NCBI GenBank assembly: GCA_963809895.1
Contig: CAWELD010000003.1
Span: forward strand, 32,001-96,000
Direction: 5' to 3'
Origin: an uncultured Gemmatimonadales bacterium
GTDB taxonomy: Bacteria > Gemmatimonadota > Gemmatimonadetes > Longimicrobiales > Gaopeijiaceae
Length of the DNA: 64,000 nucleotides
The notes under the pieces were generated by a model, which ran no database searches, was not told the origin of the DNA, and saw only the letters and a list, made by a program, of their open reading frames with translations. Shown one piece after another: positions 1 to 7,748 of this stretch (position 1 is its first letter; each line of letters starts with the position of its first letter). A program made the translations under genes and the position numbers.

Positions 1-900
1 TCACCTTCACCGACGACGTGGACCCGGCAACGGTGAACGACGCCACCTTCGTGGTGGAGACGCAGACGACGACGGGGACGATCCGGCGTACGCGGAGATC
101 GACGGGGCCGTGGACTTTCCCGACGGGCGCACCCTGCGCTTCACGCCGGCTCTGGATCTCCCGGACGGCGTACTTCCGTGCGTGCGCGTGCGGGGAGGCA
201 GAGACGGGGTCCAGAGCGTGGCGGGGGACACGCTTGAGCTTCCTGCGTCCGCCGGCGAGGGTGGCGGGGTGACCGACACCCGCACCTCACGAGCCTGCTA
301 CGGCGGGGGCCGGCCGTGGCCCCGGGCCTACGAGTGGGGGTTCGCCACCATGGTGGAGCCCGACGACGTGCGGGTGGAGCTCTTCCAGGTGGCCCGCATC
401 GGCGAGCGGGGTCACCGGGTCGGGGGCGGGAGTGATGCCCTCCGGTGCCGTCGCGCTGCCGCTCGGCGAAACCTATACGCTCCCCGGGGGGCATGCGGTC
501 ACGGTTCACGGGGTGGAGCGGGACGTGGAGGGGGAGCTCGAGATGATGGGCGCCACGGACTCGGTCCGGGCAGCGGTGTCGACGTGGAGGTGTGCGCCGG
601 CTCGAGCGACCTGCCTCTCGCCATGACGCAGGGCGGGATGTTCGGCCTCTGGTCGCGGGCGCCGGGGAGACGCACCACGGGTGGAGCGGGCAGGGGATCG
701 CCTGGCAGGGCGAGCCCACCTTCGGGCGTTCCATGATGGACGGGGAGCTTCCGGCCGGGCAGTGCGTGCGGGGCCCGATTCCGGTGGCCGAACCCACACG
801 CGGATCGTTCGACGCCGCGGTCCTGGACACCCGTACCGGTGGGCTCGGCCTGCCGGCGGACCTCCAGGTCCTGGTGGCCTGGGTGCTCGAGAGCGGCTGA
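1..900 (+). pseudogene. Ig-like (SbsA/Big_5-type) domain protein, 5'-truncated and broken by several frameshifts
   Basis: Frame 3 gives TFTDDVDPATVNDATFVVE, frame 2 continues YAEIDGAVDFPDGRTLRFTPALDL...YEWGFAT (typical Big_5 pattern); protein-like text then switches frame again near 430, 570 and 650 and ends at TGA 898-900. Pseudogene or assembly indels. Confidence 0.55.
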
Positions 901-1003
901 GCCGGCCCCCGGGGCTCTTTCGCGTCGTCATGCGAGCGCGTATCCCTCGTATGTTGTGACCGACATCCGTTCAATGCTCCGCGCCATGGCCCGATCCTAC
1001 CTC

Positions 1004-2095
1004 ATGTCGTTTCGCCTTCCGCTGATGGCGGTGCTCGCGGTCGCGCTGCTGCCCGCCGGCGCGCCGGCCCAGGAACGCCCCGACACCATCAAAGGCATCG
1101 TCTTCGACGAGGTGGCCAAGACGCCGCTGTCCGGCGCCACCGTGGTGCTCCTCAACGAGAGCGAAGGCACACCGGTGGCCACCGCGCGCTCGGATGCGAC
1201 GGGCCGCTACCGGGTCCCCGTGTCCAGCGGCACCTACTGGCTCGTCGCAAGCCACCCGGGCTATGCGTCGTCGCCGCCGCTTCCGGTGAGTTGGGGCACC
1301 GCCGCCGGCGGCGCGGGCAACATGGACGGGGTGCTCCTGAACCTGCGCACGCTGGACCGCCAGGCCATCGAGATCCAGGCGCGGGCCGAGGCCGACGCCG
1401 GCCCGGCACGGGTCCTGGGCCGGGTGCTGGACGGCGAGAACGGACGGCCGTTGGTGGATGCCGAGATCCGACTCGAGGGATCGGGGCTCACCACGGTGAC
1501 CGACGAGAACGGGATGTTCGCGCTCCCCGAGGTCCCCGCCGGGCTCCAGGTGGTGCACGTCCAGCACCTGGCGTACGGCGAGCAGACCAGGGAGTTGGTG
1601 GCCGAGGCAGGCACCGCGTACGAGATCCAGGTGCACATGTCGCCCGCAGCCATGGAGATCGAGGGCATCGAGGTCTCGGTGGTGTCGCAGATGCACTTCC
1701 GGCAGCTCCAGATGCTCCAGGACCGTATGAAGCGCGGCCTGGGCGGCAGCTTCGTGCTGGCCGAAGACCTGAAGGAGCAGGCCTATCCGCTCCTGCCCGA
1801 GGCCCTCAGGATGGTTCCCGGGCTCACGGTGAAACGGCAGGGGGCGCACGGCTGGCACCTCACCGTCGATCGGTGCGCAAGCAAAGCCAACGCCCAGACG
1901 CCGGTGATCTACGTGGATGGCGTGAAGGTCTACCGGCCCTCCAGCGGTGATCCCATGAGCATCCTCAACGAGATCGCATCGACGGATGTGGAGGCCATGG
2001 AGGTCTACAAGGGCGCCTCGTCGGTGCCGCCCGAGTTCTCGGGCTCCGACGCCGCCTGCGGTGCCATCGTCATCTGGACGAAGCGGGGGGGATGA
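1004..2095 (+). CDS. Exported protein with two carboxypeptidase-regulatory-like domains and a C-terminal TonB-receptor plug domain, no barrel
   Basis: Signal peptide ending APA-Q; two G-x-V-x-D...PL...TDxxGxF/Y repeats; plug motifs PVIYVDG, DVEAMEVYKG, CGAIVIWTK. In-frame alternative starts at 974 and 986. Confidence 0.8.
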   Translation: MSFRLPLMAVLAVALLPAGAPAQERPDTIKGIVFDEVAKTPLSGATVVLLNESEGTPVATARSDATGRYRVPVSSGTYWLVASHPGYASSPPLPVSWGTAAGGAGNMDGVLLNLRTLDRQAIEIQARAEADAGPARVLGRVLDGENGRPLVDAEIRLEGSGLTTVTDENGMFALPEVPAGLQVVHVQHLAYGEQTRELVAEAGTAYEIQVHMSPAAMEIEGIEVSVVSQMHFRQLQMLQDRMKRGLGGSFVLAEDLKEQAYPLLPEALRMVPGLTVKRQGAHGWHLTVDRCASKANAQTPVIYVDGVKVYRPSSGDPMSILNEIASTDVEAMEVYKGASSVPPEFSGSDAACGAIVIWTKRGG

Positions 2096-2709
2096 TGGAG
2101 GAGGAGGATCGGACCCGGATCGCCAGGAAGCGGGCGCTGGGCATGCTCGCGCTGCTGCTGGCGGCCCTCGTTTTCATCGCCTTCTCCGACGATCTGTTCT
2201 ACGTGGTGGGCATGAGCATCATCGTCGTGCCGGCGTCGCTGATGGTCTACCGCGAGCTCCGCCGCCCGGATCGGCTCCTGCAGGTGAGCGAGGGCGAGGT
2301 CGTGCGGCGGACCATGGCTCGAGCGGAGGAGAGTGACCGCGTGGCGCTGCCTTCCGACCCCGCGGAGTTGCTGGCCCGCAAGCTGAGCCTTCAGGAGGAC
2401 CTGGATCGGCTTCAGCCTCCCAGTGCGCTGAGTCGTTTCATGCGGCGGCACGGCCATGTCGTCTTTTTTTCCTTCGGTGCGTTGTTCGCCGCGGTGTGCG
2501 TGCCCGTCGGAATCCTCAAGGAGGACATCGAGGCCGTGCAGTTGGGCGTGAGCGTATCGGTCGTCTGGTCGGGCTTCGGGTTCCTGCTGCGATTCCTGGA
2601 GACGCGGCGCCGACGGGCCGAAGACCGGCTCACGGCCGAGCTCGCCGAGCTGGAGCGCCTCGCCGGCGCGGCGGAGCCTGGTCCGGCGCTCCCCACGTCC
2701 GATCGATGA
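2092..2709 (+). CDS. Hypothetical 4-TM membrane protein (paralog A)
   Basis: ATGA overlap with upstream stop; two hydrophobic hairpins separated by a charged helical segment. Confidence 0.75.
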   Translation: MMEEEDRTRIARKRALGMLALLLAALVFIAFSDDLFYVVGMSIIVVPASLMVYRELRRPDRLLQVSEGEVVRRTMARAEESDRVALPSDPAELLARKLSLQEDLDRLQPPSALSRFMRRHGHVVFFSFGALFAAVCVPVGILKEDIEAVQLGVSVSVVWSGFGFLLRFLETRRRRAEDRLTAELAELERLAGAAEPGPALPTSDR

Positions 2710-3353
2710 CCGACCGAATGCTGGTGCCGGAGGGCGCGTCGATGGTTCCGGACGCAGGGGTTGAAGACGAAGAAGAGAGTGTCCGCAAGGCTCGCAGGCG
2801 GGCGGCGTGGGGGCTCGCAGGGTCAGCCCTGCTGCTCGGCTCGCTCGCCTTCGCCCGCGACCCCTGGGAGGTCGTGGGCGTGGGCCTGCTCCTCATCCCG
2901 GCGACCTTGTGGAGCTACCGCGAGCTGCGGCGGCCAGCCGACCTGCTCCAGGTCACGCCTGCCGAGATCGTCGCCCGAACCCTCGAGGGCGAGGGAACGG
3001 TGGCGCTACCCGGACCCGAATCCCGGCCGGAGCGGGCCGATCGGCTGCTGCGCCTCCAGGACGAGCTGGATCGCCTGGAGAAGCCTGAGAGCATGACGGG
3101 GCGCTTGCTCGACGCCGTCCTCCTCTGGGGCGCGATGGTGCTGACCCTCCTGCTTGGCCTGGTGGCGATCCTGGGTGGCGTGTTGGCCGAGTCTTTGTCC
3201 TTGGTGATCCTGGGCACCGCGGGCGGGGCGACATCCGGTGGCCTCGGCATGGTCCTCCTGCGCCAGGAGAAGCGCCGCCGCGAGGCGAAGAAGATCCTGG
3301 AAGAGGAGATCGCCGCGCTCCGGGACAAGCCCGATCTCCGCCTTCCCCCATGA
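2706..3353 (+). CDS. Hypothetical 4-TM membrane protein (paralog B)
   Basis: ATGA overlap at 2706-2709; shares YRELRRPxxLLQV and LQxxLDRL with paralog A. Confidence 0.75.
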   Translation: MTDRMLVPEGASMVPDAGVEDEEESVRKARRRAAWGLAGSALLLGSLAFARDPWEVVGVGLLLIPATLWSYRELRRPADLLQVTPAEIVARTLEGEGTVALPGPESRPERADRLLRLQDELDRLEKPESMTGRLLDAVLLWGAMVLTLLLGLVAILGGVLAESLSLVILGTAGGATSGGLGMVLLRQEKRRREAKKILEEEIAALRDKPDLRLPP

Positions 3354-5260
3354 GGCACCGAGCAGCCCGTCTGGCCACCACGCTGGTGGTGAGCCTCGCC
3401 CTGGTCGCCTGCGGTCGTGAGGCTCCCACCACGCCCAACTTCCCGCTGCTCCAGTGGATCGACGTGAGTCCACGCTCGGTGGACATGCTGATCGGCGACA
3501 CGGTGCGGCTGACCGCCAAGGGCCTGAGCAAGGACGGCTCGGACGTGCCGGTGGATCCGACGTGGGAGAGCTCCGAGCCCTCGCTGGCGTCCGTCGACGC
3601 GGAGGGGCTGGTCACGGGCCTGGCAGCCGGTGCGCTATCGGTGTCGGCGGTCGAAGGGGCCGTCTCGGGATGGGCTGGCGTGCGCGTGCTGGATCCGGCG
3701 GCGGTGGAGGAGCTCCAGATTCTCGTGGCGCTCCCGGTGGGGGAGCAGGGCACGGCCTATCAGGCGTCGTTGCGCGCCGTCGGCGGGAGCGAGCCGTACA
3801 CCTGGTCCAAGCAGGGTGGCGAGTTGCCTCCGGGCCTCGCTCTCTCGGAACAGGGCGTCATCTCGGGCACGCCGGGAGGCTGGGGCACCTTCACCTTCAA
3901 GGCGCAGGTACGCGACGCTGCCGGCGCCACCGCCGAGGAGGAGATCGACCTCGAGATCGCCGGTGTGCCGGTCCACATCACCACCACCGTGCTGCCGCCC
4001 GCCACGGTGGGCGCACCGTATCGAGCACCCCTCGAGGCCGAGGGCGGCGACGGCTCGGGGTACCTGTGGTTCTCCGTGATCGACCTGGGGCTCCCGCCGC
4101 CGGGGATTACCCTGCACGGCGCCTCCGCGACCGTCGCGGGCACGCCCACCGAGGCGGGCGACTTCACCTTCGGGGTGGAGGTGCACTCCGGTGGCGCGCT
4201 GGACCGGCGGCCGATCCAGCTCAGCGTGTTGCCGGCCACCGTGCATCTGGAGACACGCGTACTTCCCGGCGGCCATGCTGGCGATGCGTACGCGGCGACG
4301 CTGGTGGCCAGCGGGGCGAAGGCAGGCGAAGTGTATTCCTTCAGCGTCTTCGACGGTGCCTTGCCGCCGGGTCTCGAGCTGAACGAGTCGACGGGCGCCA
4401 TCGAGGGCACACTCGCCGGCTCGGCGGCGGGTGTCTACGTCTTCAGGGTCCTGGTACGGGCCGGCGACGTCACGGCGGCGCGTGTGCTGGCGCTTGCCGT
4501 CTCGTCGCACGCCGCCAGCGCCTACAACCTCACCGTGGCCCTGACGGGTTCGACGCTACCGACGGAACGCCTGCGCAGGGTGCTGTCCGGTGCCGTCGAC
4601 CGCTGGGAGTCCGTCATCACCGGTGATCTGTCCGACGTCAGCTTCTCGGCGACGGAGTTCGGCGCCGAGGACTGCGAGGGCTTCGGCCCCGCGCTCAATG
4701 GCGTCTCGGTGGACGACATGGTGCTGGTGCTGAACGTGCTGCCCGCCGACGACGAGGTCAGCGGCATCGCCGAGGGCGGACCCTGTGCGGTGCGCCCCGG
4801 CCGCGGACTTCCGAGCCTGGGGGTGGTCACTCTCGATGCCGACGACATCGGCCAGCTTTCGGAGCTGCAGCTACAGGCGCTCCTCGTCCACGAGACCGCC
4901 CACGCGCTGGGGTTCGGAACGCTGTGGAGCTCCGGAGGTCGGACGCTCCTGTCCGGTAGGGGAGGAGACGCGCCGCGCTTCAACGGCCCCCTGGCGGTGG
5001 CCGCGTACCAGAGCCTCGGCGGCACCGAAGCAGGCGTGCCCGTGGAGGCGGAGGGCGGCGTCGGCACCCGTGACGCGCACTGGGCCGAGGCGGTGTTCGA
5101 CACGGAGCTCATGACGCCCTATCCCGAAGGCTCGGCCGTGGCTCAGCCCCTGTCGGTCATCACCGCGGCGGCCATGGGCGACCTGGGCTACCAGGTGGAT
5201 CTCGGGGCGGCCGACGACTTCGTCCTGCCTGCTGCCACCGCCGTGGCCCGGCGCCGCTAG
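3350..5260 (+). CDS. Lipoprotein with Big_2 domain, three putative Ig (He_PIG) repeats and leishmanolysin-like (M8) zinc metallopeptidase domain
   Basis: Lipobox LVAC; WESSEPSLASVDAEGLVT; three LPPG(L/I)xL...G(T)P repeats; HETAHALGFG, RDAHW, ELMTP. Confidence 0.85.
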   Translation: MRHRAARLATTLVVSLALVACGREAPTTPNFPLLQWIDVSPRSVDMLIGDTVRLTAKGLSKDGSDVPVDPTWESSEPSLASVDAEGLVTGLAAGALSVSAVEGAVSGWAGVRVLDPAAVEELQILVALPVGEQGTAYQASLRAVGGSEPYTWSKQGGELPPGLALSEQGVISGTPGGWGTFTFKAQVRDAAGATAEEEIDLEIAGVPVHITTTVLPPATVGAPYRAPLEAEGGDGSGYLWFSVIDLGLPPPGITLHGASATVAGTPTEAGDFTFGVEVHSGGALDRRPIQLSVLPATVHLETRVLPGGHAGDAYAATLVASGAKAGEVYSFSVFDGALPPGLELNESTGAIEGTLAGSAAGVYVFRVLVRAGDVTAARVLALAVSSHAASAYNLTVALTGSTLPTERLRRVLSGAVDRWESVITGDLSDVSFSATEFGAEDCEGFGPALNGVSVDDMVLVLNVLPADDEVSGIAEGGPCAVRPGRGLPSLGVVTLDADDIGQLSELQLQALLVHETAHALGFGTLWSSGGRTLLSGRGGDAPRFNGPLAVAAYQSLGGTEAGVPVEAEGGVGTRDAHWAEAVFDTELMTPYPEGSAVAQPLSVITAAAMGDLGYQVDLGAADDFVLPAATAVARRR

Positions 5261-5358
5261 CGCCGTCCAGCGAGCCGCGACCAACGAGCTCGACGCCCCG
5301 GGCGCTCCGTCGCTCGCATTCCCGCCGAAGCATGCAGGAGTCCCATCCACCCCTTGAC

Positions 5359-5521
5359 GGATTTCGGGGCGTTTCCGCGGAGACGTCCGGACCCCGGGAT
5401 GCAAGTCTCCGGAGACACGCCTGGATGGGCCTGTGACGTGTCCGGAGCGCGTTCCGGGGCTCGTGCGGCCTCTGCCTGCGACCGCGACCGTCCTGGACCC
5501 CTTCAGGAGGCCCCGAAATCC
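5359..5521. ncRNA. Candidate structured RNA or MITE-like element bounded by a perfect 12-bp inverted repeat
   Basis: GGATTTCGGGGC (5359-5370) / GCCCCGAAATCC (5510-5521) enclosing hairpins at 5370-5385, 5392-5459, about 5465-5484 and 5491-5508. Confidence 0.5.
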
Positions 5522-5583
5522 CATGGTTATATTACAGAAGTCATTGTGCATCTTGTGGTTAGACTCTGTCATGGGGGCGTTTC

Positions 5584-7219
5584 ATGGGTTCCGGGATCTC
5601 CACCGCTCTTCGTCCGGCCTACGGTGATGTCGACACGGGTGGAGGGCACGCGGGGGATGTCAGCCCGCTCCCCGCGCCGAGGCGCGCGCATCTCCACCTC
5701 GTGGTTCGTGAGCGGGGCCCGGACGACGGCCCGGGCGTCGATCCGATGTCGATGTCCATGGCGACGCCGACGCCCTCGAGGCGCTGGAAGACGAGATCGT
5801 CGTTCTGGCCAGTCACATCCATGCGGCCGAACACCGGCTTCTGCTCCTGCTCGCGGACTTCGACAAGCGCGGCGGCTGGAAGCTGGCCGGCCACCGCAAC
5901 TGCGCCGAGTGGCTCCACTTCCGCACCGGGATCGCCAGGGGTGCGGCCCGGGAGAAGGTGAGGGCGGCCCGAGCGCTCGAGAAGCTGCCCCTCACTTCCG
6001 ACGCCATGTCCCGCGGTGAGCTGAGCTTCTCCAAGGTGCGGGCGATCACGCGACTGGTCGACGATCTGAGCGACCCCGAGAAGCCCGACGCCGAGGCCGA
6101 GCTCGTGGACGTCGCCAGGCAGGTCACCGCGGCGAGCCTCGAGAAGATCGTGCGAGGCTGGGGCGTGCTGAGCGGGCTCGACGAGACCGAGCTCGAGCGC
6201 CGGCGCCATCGTTCGCGCTACCTGTCCGTCGCTCCCGACGGAGAGGGGATGTACGTGGTGCGCGGGAAGCTGGACCCGGAGGTGGGAGCGTTGCTCATGC
6301 GAGCCCTGGACGCCGCCGGTGACGCCCTGTTCCGCGACGGCGAGGATTGGGCTCCTGTCGGCGGCACCCGCGGCCCACGTGCCGAGGAGATCAGCCCTCG
6401 GCAGCGGCGGGCCGACGCCGCGGGGCTCCTGTGCGAACGGGCCATGGCGATGGGCTTCGGGCGCGGAGTGGAGGATGCGGACGGCGCACACCAGGACGGC
6501 GCCGTCCAGGACACCGACACAACCCCGCGCGACGCGCCCATCTCCGGCACCAAGGCCGAGCGCTACCAGGTCGTGCTGCACGTCGACATGGACACGCTGA
6601 CCGGAGAGGACGAGTCCGACCACTCGCCGGATGCGAGCGGTGGCCGCTCCCACCTCGAGGACGGCACGCGCGTTTCCGCGGAAACGTCCCGCAGGCTCTG
6701 CTGCGACGCCGCGGTCGTGAAGGTCACCCGCGGCCCTGACGGCTCGGTCCTGGACGTGGGCCGGAAGACGCGGACCATTCCACCCGCCATCCGCCGCGCT
6801 CTGGAGGTCCGCGACGGCGGCTGCCGGTTCCCGGGGTGCGGCCTGAGGTTCGCCGACGGCCATCACATCATCCCCTGGAGCCTGGGCGGGCCGACCTGCC
6901 TGTCCAACCTCGTTCTGCTCTGCCCCCATCACCACCGCTGCGTCCACGAGGGCGGCTTCACGGTGCGCATGCGTTCCGACCAACGTCTTCGGCGAGCGGC
7001 GCCCCTTCGTTCCAGTTCTACGACCGCACCGGCTGGCCACTCCCCGACTCCGCGCCGCTTTCCAGGCTGGAGCCGGGCGCCGTCGCACGCCTCCTGGATG
7101 AGAACCGCCGGAACGGAGTCGACCCCGAATGGAACACGCCGTCGGCCACCTGGAAGCGGGACGCCGACATCCCCTGGACGGTGGAGGCCCGCTTGCGCCA
7201 GGCGCTGGACCCGGCGTAG
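5584..7219 (+). pseudogene. DUF222 domain plus HNH endonuclease (REP13E12-like), two apparent frameshifts (about 5745 and about 6975)
   Basis: LEDEIVVLASHIHAA...GHRNCAEWLHFRTG, GELSFSKVRAITR, VSAETSRRLCCDA, RDGGCRFPGC, HHIIPWSLGGPTCLSNLVLLCPHHH. N-terminus is in the 5584 frame and the C-terminal FQFYDRTGWPLP...ALDPA* is in the 6836-7219 frame. May be intact in vivo. Confidence 0.8.
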
Positions 7220-7290
7220 CGGAGGCTGGCTGCGACTGACCAGGCTTGGCCGAGCCGGCCGGGCTGCGGCCAGCTTCGGCTCGCCTACCG

Positions 7291-7740
7291 CTAACGCCCT
7301 TCCCGCGAGGCGTTCGCTACGAACAGGATCATCCGCAGGAACCCCGCCTGCCGGGGCAGCTCGCGCTCGCCGGTGGGGAACCCGTTGGCTCGCAGGATGA
7401 AGGCCATCACGTCGGCCACCTTCTGGCGGCTGAGCGCCCCGGGATTGTCGGCGGGCATGGACACCTTGATGCGGTCCAGCATGTCGGCCAGCGAGACCCC
7501 GTTCCAGTTGGCCAGGAAGGCCCCGCCGGTGAGGGCGGGGGCGGTGTCGATACCTCCCAGCGAGGGACCGTGGCAGGTGATGCAGGTGGTGCCGTACACC
7601 TCGCGGCCCCGCTCGGCCTGGGCCTCGGTGTAGACGCCGTCCTGGGTGCTCTGCTCCTGCGCCGCCAGGGGCAGCGCGAAGGCGACGAGGAGCAGGAGCG
7701 CGCCCAGGACGGAGCGCAGCGCGGGTGGGTCGTCGTGCAC
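7291..7740 (-). CDS. Exported monoheme c-type cytochrome
   Basis: GAGGA SD then GTG 7740; signal peptide; GVYTEAQAERG, CITCHG, distal Met in SMP. Confidence 0.85.
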   Translation of the reverse strand: MHDDPPALRSVLGALLLLVAFALPLAAQEQSTQDGVYTEAQAERGREVYGTTCITCHGPSLGGIDTAPALTGGAFLANWNGVSLADMLDRIKVSMPADNPGALSRQKVADVMAFILRANGFPTGERELPRQAGFLRMILFVANASREGR

Positions 7741-7748
7741 GGGTGTCC

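Noticed and set aside
5270..7284. GCGAGCCG / CGGCTCGC as terminal inverted repeats around the HNH locus
   Set aside because: Only 8 bp, GC-rich, no target-site duplication; expected by chance
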